Positions 28,432 through 37,948 are shown, counted from the first letter of the stretch. The stretch: DNA of 64,000 nt from Clostridia bacterium (GCA_017442225.1 JAFSAR010000010.1:30306-94305), one strand, 5' to 3'. A program made the numbers and translations. The notes: generated by a model from the sequence alone, not told the origin.

Positions 28432-30159
28432 TTAGTTTATTGCATCAAATGCGCAAAGCTGTTTACACACACCACAACCAACGCATAAAGTATTATCAAT
28501 GACTGCCTTTTTGTCTTTCATACTTATAGCAGGACAGCCAAGTCCCATACAGCGCTTACAGGACTTACATTTATCAACGTCTACATTAAGTGACGGTAAT
28601 GCTTTGACCGATTTTAAGAGTACGCAAGGACGACGAGAAATAATAACCGATGGTTCTTCTGCTGCAAGCTCTTCTTTTATTGCAGTGTCACACTCTTTAA
28701 GGTTATACGGGTCAACCACACGAACACGATTTATACCGAGTGCCTTACAAAGAGCTTCAAGATTAACCTTAGCCGCAACCTCGCCCTTAATGTTATAGCC
28801 TGTTGTTGGGTTTTGTTGGTGTCCTGTCATACCAGTTATTGAGTTATCAAGTATGATTACAGTTGAGTTTGTTGCGTTATATGCCACATTAACAAGGCCT
28901 GTCATACCCGAGTGCATAAAGGTTGAGTCGCCAATAACAGCAACACTTTTGCCTTCGGTAGATTCGCCACGTGCTGCGTTAAAGCCATGAAGACCTGAAA
29001 TTGAAGCGCCCATACAGAGCGTAGTGTCAAGAGCATTAAGCGGTGGAACCGCACCAAGTGTGTAGCAGCCTATATCACCATGAACGGTAATTTTGTTTTT
29101 AGCAAGTGTATAGAACATACCGCGGTGTGGGCAACCTGCACACATCATAGGCGGTCTGTTGGGAACAGGGGAATCAGCGCTAACGCTTTGTTTAGCTTTA
29201 ACACCAAATGCATCGGCAATAGTCTTTTGAGAAAATTCACCAAGGATAGAGAACATCTCTTTGCCAATTACCTCAATACCGAGTGACTTAACGTGATTTT
29301 CAATGATTGGATCAAGTTCTTCAATAACATAAAGCTTTTTAACCTTGCTTGCAAAATCTTTAATTGTGTTAACGGGGAGAGGATGTGGCATACCGATTTT
29401 TAAAATGCTGACGCTATCTCCAAACACCTCTTTAACATATTGGTAAGAACAACCGGAAGTGATGATGCCGATTTCATTATCCGAAGCGTATTCAACCGTA
29501 TTATAAATGCAGTTCTCGGCAAACTCTTGTAATTTAAGAGTGCGTTCTTCAACAAACGGATGACGCTTTATTGCATTGCCGGGCATCATTATGTATTTTG
29601 CAGGATTTTTTTCATAATCTTTAAGAACTGCGGGGATAACCTCTGCAGTTTCAACAACCGATTGGCTATGCGCAATGCGAGTGCACATACGAAGAATAAC
29701 CGGTGTATCAAACTGTTCCGAAAGCTCAAATGCAGTTCTTGCAAAGGTGTAAGCCTCTTGTGAATCAGCGGGTTCAAGCATAGGTACTTTTGATGCTATT
29801 GCATAATGGCGAGAATCTTGTTCGTTTTGTGAAGAGTGCATTGCAGGGTCATCAGCAACACAAATAACCATACCGCCATTAACACCCGTATATGAAAGTG
29901 TAAAAAGCGGGTCGGCCGCAACATTGAGACCAACGTGCTTCATTGCGCAAGCGCTTCGTGCACCTGCAAGAGAGGCGCCAAATGCAACCTCACAGGCAAC
30001 CTTTTCGTTAGGCGCCCATTCGCTGTGTAAATCGTCATATTTAGATAAGAATTCAGTGATTTCGGTAGAAGGTGTGCCAGGATAGCTTGAAACCACTCCA
30101 AGTCCGCCATCGTGAAGACCGGTAGCAACCGCCTGATTACCAATAAGTAACTTTTTCAT
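28432..30159 (-). CDS. iorA: Indolepyruvate ferredoxin oxidoreductase, alpha subunit
   Basis: TPP-binding region (GDSTFMHSG) and a C-terminal 2x[4Fe-4S] ferredoxin motif (CKSCKRC..CP, CVGCGVC..C). Confidence 0.92.
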   Translation of the reverse strand: MKKLLIGNQAVATGLHDGGLGVVSSYPGTPSTEITEFLSKYDDLHSEWAPNEKVACEVAFGASLAGARSACAMKHVGLNVAADPLFTLSYTGVNGGMVICVADDPAMHSSQNEQDSRHYAIASKVPMLEPADSQEAYTFARTAFELSEQFDTPVILRMCTRIAHSQSVVETAEVIPAVLKDYEKNPAKYIMMPGNAIKRHPFVEERTLKLQEFAENCIYNTVEYASDNEIGIITSGCSYQYVKEVFGDSVSILKIGMPHPLPVNTIKDFASKVKKLYVIEELDPIIENHVKSLGIEVIGKEMFSILGEFSQKTIADAFGVKAKQSVSADSPVPNRPPMMCAGCPHRGMFYTLAKNKITVHGDIGCYTLGAVPPLNALDTTLCMGASISGLHGFNAARGESTEGKSVAVIGDSTFMHSGMTGLVNVAYNATNSTVIILDNSITGMTGHQQNPTTGYNIKGEVAAKVNLEALCKALGINRVRVVDPYNLKECDTAIKEELAAEEPSVIISRRPCVLLKSVKALPSLNVDVDKCKSCKRCMGLGCPAISMKDKKAVIDNTLCVGCGVCKQLCAFDAIN

Positions 30160-30187
30160 ATTTTAAAAACCTTTCGATTAATAATTG

Positions 30188-31825
30188 TTAAGATTTGTTT
30201 TGTGAATCAACAAGTGCTTCCGCGCCGTACATTTTACGAAGCTTGGGCTTTTCTATTTTACCTGTTGGATTACGCGGTACATCAGCAAAAATTATTTTAC
30301 GGGGACGCTTATAACGAGGTAATTGCAAACAAAATTCATTAATTTCTTCCTCGGTACAGGTCATACCATCTTTTACTTGAATAATTGCTGTTGCAATTTC
30401 ACCTAAACGGCTGTCGGGTAGACCGATTACAGCGACATCCATAATTTTTTGGTGTGATGATAAAAAGTTTTCAATCTGAACAGGGTAGAGGTTCTCGCCA
30501 CCCGAGATAATAACATCTTTTTTACGGTCAACAAGATATATAAAGCCGTCCTCGTCAGTCATTGCCATATCACCCGTATACAGCCAACCGTCTTTTAATG
30601 TATCGGCTGTAGCTTTTTCATCACGATAATAACAGGTCATAACACCAGGTCCTTTAAGACAAAGCTCACCAACATCACCCTGATTTACGGTATTACCCTC
30701 GGTATCGACGATTTTTACCTGCCAGCCGTAGCCTGCAACGCCGATAGCGCCAACCTTGTGTATGTTTTCTACACCCAGATGTACAGCACCGGGTCCTATT
30801 GACTCTGAAAGCCCGTAGTTTGTATCATATTGGTGATTTGGAAAATACTGAAGCCATCGCTTTATTAGACTTTGAGGAACAGGCTGAGCACCTATGTGCA
30901 TAAGACGCCAATTTGTGAAATCAAATTCATCAAGACGGATTTCACCTTTATCAAGTGCGTTTAAAATATCCTGTGCCCACGGAACCAAAAGCCATACAAT
31001 AGAGCATTTTTCCTGTGAAGCAGCACTTAAAATATTACGCGCCTGTGTGCCTTTAAGTATTACCGCCTTTGAGCCTGTTATAAGACTGCCAAACCAATGC
31101 ATTTTTGCACCTGTATGATAAAGCGGTGGAATACATAAAAAACAGTCGTCTTTTGTTTGACCGTGGTGCGCCTGCTCAACACGGCAGGAATGAATAAGGC
31201 TTTGATGTTTATGTAAAATTGCCTTTGGAAAGCCCGTGGTACCTGATGAAAAATAGATTGCCGCATAGTCATCCTCGCTAAGTGTGCATTCGGGGAAGGA
31301 GGACGAACATTCAGATATTAAATCGTTATAGTCATCAGCAAAAGCAGGGCAGGCAGAGCCAAAATATATAAGCGTACATTTTTTTGATATTTTATCAGCA
31401 ACCGCCTCGACACGACCAATAAATTCTGTTCCAAAGATAAGAACATCAGCTTGGGCAAGCTGCAGACAATAGTCAATCTCGTCAGAAGAATATCTGAAAT
31501 TAAGGGGTACTGCCAAAGCACCTGTTTTAAGTATACCAAAATAGATTGGCAACCAATCTATACAATTCATTAAAAGTATTGCAACCTTTTTTCCTTTACC
31601 AATACCGTTTGATGTCAGCATATTAGCAAGGCGATTTGCTTTTTCATTAAATACTGACCACGATATTTCTCGGCGGTAATATTCAACGCGTGGCGTAGGC
31701 TCAACCAGCTCAAACTCGTGCCATGTACGACGACGTGTTTCGGGTTGGTCTGGGTTAATTTCTACAAGCGCGGTGTCAAATGCATATTTACGCGCATTTT
31801 CCTCAAGCAAGTGTATAATTGTCAT
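30188..31825 (-). CDS. AMP-forming acyl-CoA synthetase (class I adenylate-forming family)
   Basis: AMP-binding motifs YFSSGTTGFPKA, YGLSE, TGD and GKI. Confidence 0.88.
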   Translation of the reverse strand: MTIIHLLEENARKYAFDTALVEINPDQPETRRRTWHEFELVEPTPRVEYYRREISWSVFNEKANRLANMLTSNGIGKGKKVAILLMNCIDWLPIYFGILKTGALAVPLNFRYSSDEIDYCLQLAQADVLIFGTEFIGRVEAVADKISKKCTLIYFGSACPAFADDYNDLISECSSSFPECTLSEDDYAAIYFSSGTTGFPKAILHKHQSLIHSCRVEQAHHGQTKDDCFLCIPPLYHTGAKMHWFGSLITGSKAVILKGTQARNILSAASQEKCSIVWLLVPWAQDILNALDKGEIRLDEFDFTNWRLMHIGAQPVPQSLIKRWLQYFPNHQYDTNYGLSESIGPGAVHLGVENIHKVGAIGVAGYGWQVKIVDTEGNTVNQGDVGELCLKGPGVMTCYYRDEKATADTLKDGWLYTGDMAMTDEDGFIYLVDRKKDVIISGGENLYPVQIENFLSSHQKIMDVAVIGLPDSRLGEIATAIIQVKDGMTCTEEEINEFCLQLPRYKRPRKIIFADVPRNPTGKIEKPKLRKMYGAEALVDSQNKS

Positions 31826-31863
31826 AAAATACAGTCCTTAAAATTTTTAAAATACTTGTTGAT

Positions 31864-31892
31864 ATTTTACCACTTTAAAGTGCCAATGTCAA
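31864..31892 (-). promoter_or_regulatory. Promoter of the acyl-CoA synthetase/ior operon (TTGACA-17-TAAAAT) with the palindrome CACTTTAAAGTG in the spacer
   Basis: The minus strand reads TTGACA ttgg CACTTTAAAGTG g TAAAAT. The palindrome is at 31871-31882. Confidence 0.45.
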
Positions 31893-31933
31893 CCGTATAC
31901 AACGAGAAAAACAGCGAAAAATGAAAATTATTA

Positions 31934-31962
31934 TTGACAAACACGCTTTAAAGTGTTAAAGT
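31934..31962 (+). promoter_or_regulatory. Promoter of the Na+/solute symporter gene (TTGACA-17-TAAAGT, TGn) with CGCTTTAAAGTG in the spacer
   Basis: The plus strand reads TTGACA aaca CGCTTTAAAGTG t TAAAGT. The geometry is identical to the divergent promoter. Confidence 0.45.
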
Positions 31963-31995
31963 TTTAAAGTAATAAAGTTTTTTGAAGGAAAGTGA

Positions 31996-33558
31996 GTGTT
32001 TTTTATGACAACAACAGCACTGATTACAATACCAATTCTAATACTGTTTTTTGCAGTTATGATTTCTGTAGGTCTTTACTGCAGAAAGCATTCAGCAAGT
32101 GTTGACGGTTTTATTTTAGGTGGCAGAGCGGTGGGACCGTGGCTTACGGCATTTGCATTTGGCACATCGTATTTTTCTGCGGTGATATTTGTTGGATACG
32201 CAGGTCAGTTTGGCTGGAACTTTGGACTTGCATCGACGTGGATAGGTCTTGGTAACGCATTTATCGGATCATTGCTTGCATGGATTGTACTCGGTAAACG
32301 TACTCGAATTATGACACAGGCGTTAGGCTCAAAAACAATGCCTGATTTCTTTGAAAAGCGTTTTGACTCGGGCAAACTTAAAATATTTGCTTCGATTATA
32401 ATATTTGTGTTTTTGATACCATATACTGCATCGTTGTATAACGGTCTGTCATCATTATTTAATAATGTCTTCTCTATACCGTATTGGGCGGTAGTGCTCA
32501 TAATGGCAGTGCTTACGGGCATTTATGTTATATTCGGCGGTTATATGGCTACTGCGATTAATGACTTTATACAGGGAATTATAATGCTTGTAGGTATTGT
32601 TGCAGTAATTCTTGCTGTGCTTAATGATAACGGTGGACTGTTACAAGCGGTAAAATCATTGGGCGAATCGGCAGGTAAAGAGTTTGTTTCTACCTTTGGT
32701 CCTAATCCTGTATTTTTGTTTTTTGTTGTTATTCTTACCTCACTTGGCACTTGGGGACTACCGCAAATGGTTGGTAAATTTTATTCAATAAAAGACCAGA
32801 GCGCTGTTAAAAAGGGTACAATTATATCAACAATCTTTGCAATAATTGTTGCAGGCGGATGCTATTTTCTTGGAGGATTTGGTAAGCTTTATCAAAATGA
32901 AATGATAAACGGCGGATATATAACCGATAATGGTGTTATGTACGATAAAGTGGTGCCGACAATGCTTTCTAATTTAGCGCCAATGATCGTTGCAATTGTT
33001 ATTGTTTTAGTTTTATCGGCTTCAATGTCAACTTTGTCTTCGCTTGTGCTTACATCATCATCTACACTAACACTTGATGTTATTAAACCTGCAATAGCAA
33101 AAAAGAAAGATTTCAGCGACAAAAAAAGTGTATTTATAATGCGCTTATTTATTGTGTTCTTTATTGCTGTATCGGCAGTGATAGCTATACTTAAAGACAC
33201 ATTGTGGAAGGATTCGGTATTTATTGCGCAAATGATGGGTGTATCGTGGGGTGCGCTTGCAGGTGCATTTTTAGCGCCGTTTTTATACGGACTTTTTTGG
33301 AAAAGGGGAACACGCGCCGCAGTTGCCGTATGCTTTATATTTGGTACAGGGCTTGAAATCGTTCAACTATGCATCAGTGTAGGCTTATTGAAGTTTACAG
33401 ATAAAATATTAAGCTTTGTGTTTACAAATTCACTCTATTCGGGTGTGTTTGCTATGGTAGGCGGACTGATTTTATTCCCTATAGTAAGTTTACTGACACA
33501 AAAAACAAAACCGCAAAACTGTGATGAAAAATTTAATTGTCTTAAAGAAAAGGTATAA
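31996..33558 (+). CDS. Sodium:solute symporter family (SSF) transporter
   Basis: About 13 predicted TM helices with SSF-like N-terminal organisation (GGRAVGPWLTAFAFGTSYFSA). The start may be the ATG at 32005 (MTTTALI). Confidence 0.88.
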   Translation: MFFMTTTALITIPILILFFAVMISVGLYCRKHSASVDGFILGGRAVGPWLTAFAFGTSYFSAVIFVGYAGQFGWNFGLASTWIGLGNAFIGSLLAWIVLGKRTRIMTQALGSKTMPDFFEKRFDSGKLKIFASIIIFVFLIPYTASLYNGLSSLFNNVFSIPYWAVVLIMAVLTGIYVIFGGYMATAINDFIQGIIMLVGIVAVILAVLNDNGGLLQAVKSLGESAGKEFVSTFGPNPVFLFFVVILTSLGTWGLPQMVGKFYSIKDQSAVKKGTIISTIFAIIVAGGCYFLGGFGKLYQNEMINGGYITDNGVMYDKVVPTMLSNLAPMIVAIVIVLVLSASMSTLSSLVLTSSSTLTLDVIKPAIAKKKDFSDKKSVFIMRLFIVFFIAVSAVIAILKDTLWKDSVFIAQMMGVSWGALAGAFLAPFLYGLFWKRGTRAAVAVCFIFGTGLEIVQLCISVGLLKFTDKILSFVFTNSLYSGVFAMVGGLILFPIVSLLTQKTKPQNCDEKFNCLKEKV

Positions 33559-33635
33559 AACACAAAAGGTAATTTATTACGATTGAAAGAATATCATTAT
33601 GAAGCAGTATCACTCACTGTAAGGTGAATGTAACT

Positions 33636-33673
33636 AAAAAAAGACAAGTTTCGGAAGAAACTTGTCTTTTTTT
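33636..33673. terminator. Bidirectional rho-independent terminator
   Basis: A-run, AAGACAAGTTTC-ggaa-GAAACTTGTCTT, then T-run. Confidence 0.75.
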
Positions 33674-33792
33674 CTGAAAGGATTGTATAAATTTACTGCT
33701 TGCCATACGGTAAACCGCCCTGTTCGAATCCCTTATGCACATACGAAAATTAAAAAAGGAACCAACCCTTACGGACCGATTCCTTTTTTAAT

Positions 33793-33884
33793 TGGCGCAG
33801 ATGGAGGGATTCGAACCCTCGAACTACTTTTAATAGTTACACGATTTCCAATCGTGCGCGCTCGACCAGCTACGCGACATCTGC
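33793..33884 (-). tRNA. tRNA-Ser (anticodon GGA), CCA encoded
   Basis: The reverse complement folds as a type II tRNA. Acceptor GCAGATG/CATCTGC, anticodon stem CACGA/TCGTG with loop TTGGAAA (GGA), long variable arm, T-arm GAGGG-TTCGAAT-CCCTC, discriminator G and CCA. Confidence 0.9.
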
Positions 33885-33988
33885 ATATGACTTTGTAATT
33901 ATATATTATAGTATTCAAAAAATCAAGTATCAATTTATTTTTATTAATTCAAGATAGAAACAACATTTATATACATTAAACTTTGCTT

Positions 33989-34017
33989 GTCATAAATAAA
34001 ATATTATCCTCATATTA
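33989..34017 (+). promoter_or_regulatory. Candidate sigma-E-type promoter upstream of spoIVA
   Basis: TCATAAA-14 nt-CATATTAT resembles the Bacillus sigma-E consensus (TCATATT..CATACA-T). spoIVA is sigma-E dependent in B. subtilis. Confidence 0.35.
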
Positions 34018-34062
34018 TTAATCAGTAAAAAATTTAAATGTAAAAGTTTCGGAGGAATATTT

Positions 34063-35538
34063 ATGGCAAATAAAAGTATATATGAGGATATTGCTTTAAG
34101 AACGGGCGGAGACATTTATTTGGGTATTGTAGGACCTGTCAGAACGGGTAAATCAACCTTTATAAAGCAGTTTATGGATAAGCTCGTTATGCCGAATATA
34201 TCTGAGGAATACGAAAAGGAACGCGCAAAGGACGAATTGCCGCAAGCCTCGTCGGGCAGAACAATTATGACCACCGAACCTAAATTCATACCCGAAAAGG
34301 CAGTTAATATAAATATTGACAATACCGCCAATATGAACGTGCGCCTTATCGACTGCGTGGGATATATTGTGCCAAGCGCTTTGGGTTATATTGAAAACGA
34401 CCAGCCACGAATGGTGAATACACCTTGGTATGCAGAGCCCATACCCTTTAATATGGCAGCAGAAATTGGTACACAAAAGGTTATTAACGAGCATTCGACA
34501 ATAGGTCTTGTTATCACTACCGACGGCAGCATCAGCGACATACCGCGAGAAGAATATATGGAAGCAGAGGATAGGGTAATAGATGAACTGATGCAGATAA
34601 ACAAACCGTTTATTGTGCTGCTTAACTGCTTAGACCCAACAAGTGAGAGCGCAGTTGATACGGCAGAACAAATTTCAAAAAAGCATCACATACCCGTAAT
34701 ACCGATAAACTGTCTTGATTTGACGCAAAGCGATATAAAGCAGATACTGTCGCGAATTCTATATGAATTCCCCGTAAAAGAGATAAACGTTAATTTTCCA
34801 AAATGGATAAACAGTTTGCCTATAAATCATTGGTTGCGCGCCGACCTTATCACATCATTAAAATCGGCTGAAGGTATACGGCACATAAGAGATTTGAATT
34901 TGTTTGGCGATTGTCTTGAAAAAAGCGAAAACACAACCGACTGCAAGGTTAATAACATTGATTTGGGTTACGGTCGGGCGGATATTACAGTTAACGTGAA
35001 CCCCGATTTATTTTATAAAGTGCTTGCGGAAAATACGGGTCTTGTAATAAATGATGAAATGGAGCTTATGAATTCAATTACCGAGCTTTCAGCGATAAAG
35101 AAAGAATATATGCGTGTTAAAGATGCGCTCGATGAGGTAGAGGCGACGGGCTACGGTATTGTAATGCCGTCTATCGAAGAACTATCGCTCGAAGAGCCTG
35201 AAATCGTAAAGCAAGGCGGAAGGTACGGCGTGCGACTTCGCGCATCGGCGCCATCAATTCATCTGATGAAAGCTAATATAACAACCGAGGTAAGTCCGAT
35301 TGTAGGCAGCGAAAAGCAGTCGGAAGACCTGATTATGTATCTGCTTAATGAATTCGAGGAAGACCCTGTTAAAATATGGGATTCCAACATTTTCGGCAAA
35401 TCCTTGCACGAGCTTGTAAATGAGGGCTTGCATACAAAGCTTGCGCGTATGCCCGTTGATGCGCGTATGAGAGTACAGGAAACTATTGAGCGTGTTATAA
35501 ACGACGGCTGCAACGGACTTGTGTGCATTATCCTTTAA
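34063..35538 (+). CDS. spoIVA: Stage IV sporulation protein A (spore coat morphogenetic ATPase)
   Basis: 491 aa. The N-terminus IYEDIALRTGGDIYLGIVGPVRTGKSTFIK (Walker A) and overall length are typical of SpoIVA. Confidence 0.95.
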   Translation: MANKSIYEDIALRTGGDIYLGIVGPVRTGKSTFIKQFMDKLVMPNISEEYEKERAKDELPQASSGRTIMTTEPKFIPEKAVNINIDNTANMNVRLIDCVGYIVPSALGYIENDQPRMVNTPWYAEPIPFNMAAEIGTQKVINEHSTIGLVITTDGSISDIPREEYMEAEDRVIDELMQINKPFIVLLNCLDPTSESAVDTAEQISKKHHIPVIPINCLDLTQSDIKQILSRILYEFPVKEINVNFPKWINSLPINHWLRADLITSLKSAEGIRHIRDLNLFGDCLEKSENTTDCKVNNIDLGYGRADITVNVNPDLFYKVLAENTGLVINDEMELMNSITELSAIKKEYMRVKDALDEVEATGYGIVMPSIEELSLEEPEIVKQGGRYGVRLRASAPSIHLMKANITTEVSPIVGSEKQSEDLIMYLLNEFEEDPVKIWDSNIFGKSLHELVNEGLHTKLARMPVDARMRVQETIERVINDGCNGLVCIIL

Positions 35539-35609
35539 AAATATTTTTCTTGCAAAAGCAGACAATATGTGCTATCATTAAAAAAATGTTTGTTTTTGTG
35601 AGGGGTATT

Positions 35610-36095
35610 ATGAAATCAAATTTGCCTGCAAAACTTTTAATAGCGGTTTGCTTGTGCTTAGTTACGGCACTTACATTTGTTGCTTGTAAAGATAAAGAGA
35701 TATACGCCGAATCATCTGATTTTGAATCATATCCTGATTATTGGAATGATTTTAATGACGATAACGGTGATATCTATGTGTCAAAAGAAGATCAAACCAA
35801 TACAACGACAACACCATCTGACGATGACGCTTCAACTACATCTGACGGTGATGAGCTTACTTCTTCAGAAAAAGAATTTGTCTCAAACTTTAAGGAAAAT
35901 ATCGGCGGTGAAGATGATAATAATACCTCAAGCACTGTAGATACCGATAATGACGGCACACCTGATGACACTGACACCGATGATGACAACGACGGTGTTA
36001 CAGACGATAAGGACGACGATGATGACGGTGACGGTATTCTTGACAAGAATGAGGCTGATTACGGCCATCAGGGACCATTTGTACCTAACAATTAA
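35610..36095 (+). CDS. Acidic lipoprotein with thrombospondin type 3-like Ca-binding repeats
   Basis: Lipobox LTFVAC from the ATG at 35610 (GAGGGG RBS). C-terminal DTDNDGTPDDTDTDDDNDGVTDDKDDDDDGDGILD repeats (DxDxDG). Confidence 0.65.
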   Translation: MKSNLPAKLLIAVCLCLVTALTFVACKDKEIYAESSDFESYPDYWNDFNDDNGDIYVSKEDQTNTTTTPSDDDASTTSDGDELTSSEKEFVSNFKENIGGEDDNNTSSTVDTDNDGTPDDTDTDDDNDGVTDDKDDDDDGDGILDKNEADYGHQGPFVPNN

Positions 36096-36128
36096 ACAGT
36101 AAAAATTTAGAAGTCATAACCAAATTGG

Positions 36129-37112
36129 TTATGACTTCTTTTTTACATTTGAAAGTGGGTTAGAATCAATAGCATTTTTAATTTGTGTGTTAGAAATATG
36201 TGTGTAAATCTGTGTAGTACCAAGATTTGAGTGACCCAATATATCCTTTAGCACGCGGATATCAACGTCGCCATGTTGATACATAAGTGTTGCGGCAGTA
36301 TGACGCAATTTGTGGGTTGAATAACCTTGACCGCCAAGTCCTGCTTTTTCAAGATAGCTCTTTACTATATGCTGAACGGTTTTATTGCTAAGCCGTCTTT
36401 TGTTTCGGCTGATAAACAGCGCGTTTCGGTCGTTAAAATTAATTGCGTCATTAGGGCGTACCGCAAGATACGACTTTATTGCCGCATCACAGGCTTCGTT
36501 TATATAGACAATGCGTTCTTTGTTGCCCTTACCAAGCAGTCTCAATGTGCCGTCAGAGCGTATATCGCTGAGATTGAGTCCGCATAGTTCTGACAAACGC
36601 ATACCGCAGTTTAAAAACAGGGTAAGTATGCAATAATCGCGTTCTTTGTTTGGACCGTCAACAACCGACAGCAATTCAAGTGAGTCCTCAAGGCTCAAAT
36701 GCTTGGGCAGCGCATTTTTTACCTTTGGAGCCTCAAGCATTTCGGCAGGATTGGTCTCAAGCAGGTGTATCTGCGACGTAAGATATTTAAAAAAAATACG
36801 TAAGGTAGAGGTTTTTCGAGCTCTGGTTGCCGCGTTGTTACCGCGTTCATCCTTGCAAAACACTATAAACGCATAAAGGTCGGATATCGTTACCGTGCTT
36901 ATAAGCTCTGCATCAACACTAGATATATCGATTTCTTCAAAATTAGTGTTTTTATCAACCATGCCGCGCATAAGCAACAAATATCTGAAAAAGGTCTGTA
37001 AATCAAGATAGTATTCGTCGACCGAGCGGGACGACTTGCCCTTAATAGTTTCGTTATAGGTCAAAAAGTCGCGGATTATAGGAGGGCATGACATTAAAAC
37101 TTCGTGTTTCAT
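36129..37112 (-). CDS. Tyrosine recombinase (XerC/XerD-like site-specific recombinase)
   Basis: The C-terminal catalytic region HKLRHTAAT..GH..LGTTQIYTH with conserved R..HxxR..Y residues. SAM-like N-terminal domain. Confidence 0.88.
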   Translation of the reverse strand: MKHEVLMSCPPIIRDFLTYNETIKGKSSRSVDEYYLDLQTFFRYLLLMRGMVDKNTNFEEIDISSVDAELISTVTISDLYAFIVFCKDERGNNAATRARKTSTLRIFFKYLTSQIHLLETNPAEMLEAPKVKNALPKHLSLEDSLELLSVVDGPNKERDYCILTLFLNCGMRLSELCGLNLSDIRSDGTLRLLGKGNKERIVYINEACDAAIKSYLAVRPNDAINFNDRNALFISRNKRRLSNKTVQHIVKSYLEKAGLGGQGYSTHKLRHTAATLMYQHGDVDIRVLKDILGHSNLGTTQIYTHISNTQIKNAIDSNPLSNVKKKS

Positions 37113-37251
37113 ATTGTAACTCCTCCTTTAAAATAGTATAATATATTTTAACAGTTTATCTGCAAAAATGCAACATTAAAGATTTCTTAATAATTTAAAG
37201 ACTTTTTTCTTAAAAAAATTATTGGTAAAATATGCTCGGAGGGTGAGGAAA

Positions 37252-37944
37252 ATGTATAATATTCTGGTTTGCGATGATGAAAGAGATATCGTTTCTGCTT
37301 TGAGGATATATTTGGAATCTGATGGTTATAAAGTATTTACGGCATCTAACGGCAAAGAGGCAATTGACATTGTAAACGGCAATGAAATTCATCTGATACT
37401 TATGGATATTATGATGCCTGTAATGGACGGTATAACCGCTATGGTAAAGTTGAGGGAAAGCAGTAACGTTCCCGTTATATTGCTTACCGCAAAGAGTGAG
37501 GATACCGACAAAATACTCGGTCTTAACGTTGGAGCAGATGATTATATAACAAAACCGTTTAATCCTGTTGAAATGCTTGCGCGCGTGCGTTCGCAGATAC
37601 GCCGTTATACCAAGCTTGGCGGCAGTATGGCACAGTCAGATGACGATATATTAACCGTAGGCGGCATATCGCTTAATGACGCGTCAAAGATTGTAACGGT
37701 TGACGGTGACGCCGTAAATCTGACGCCTACTGAATACGAGATACTTAAATTGCTTATGCAAAATAAGGGTAGGGTAATGTCGCAAAAAGAGATTTATGAA
37801 AGCGTGCGAAAAGAACTTGCTTTCGGCGCCGAAAATACCATAGCCGTACATATTCGTCATCTGCGTGAAAAGATAGAAATTAACCCGTCGGAGCCACGCT
37901 ACATTAAAGTTGTATGGGCACACGGATATAAATTTGAGGGATAA
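37252..37944 (+). CDS. OmpR-family response regulator
   Basis: Receiver domain (ILVCDDE..DLILMDIMMP..LTAK) and a winged-helix output (LTPTEYEILKLL). ATG at 37252 follows GGAGGGTGAGG. Confidence 0.92.
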   Translation: MYNILVCDDERDIVSALRIYLESDGYKVFTASNGKEAIDIVNGNEIHLILMDIMMPVMDGITAMVKLRESSNVPVILLTAKSEDTDKILGLNVGADDYITKPFNPVEMLARVRSQIRRYTKLGGSMAQSDDDILTVGGISLNDASKIVTVDGDAVNLTPTEYEILKLLMQNKGRVMSQKEIYESVRKELAFGAENTIAVHIRHLREKIEINPSEPRYIKVVWAHGYKFEG

Positions 37945-37948
37945 GTTT

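Noticed and set aside
33725-33745. A tRNA-like fragment (CTGTTCGAATCCC) downstream of tRNA-Ser, considered as a pseudo-tRNA or an att duplicate
   Set aside because: Only about 12 nt match the T-arm, and in inverted orientation. The flanks cannot form a T-stem or acceptor stem, and there is no direct repeat of the tRNA 3' end.
33662-33898. A 78-aa plus-strand ORF
   Set aside because: It overlaps the terminator and the antisense of tRNA-Ser and has no RBS. It is spurious.
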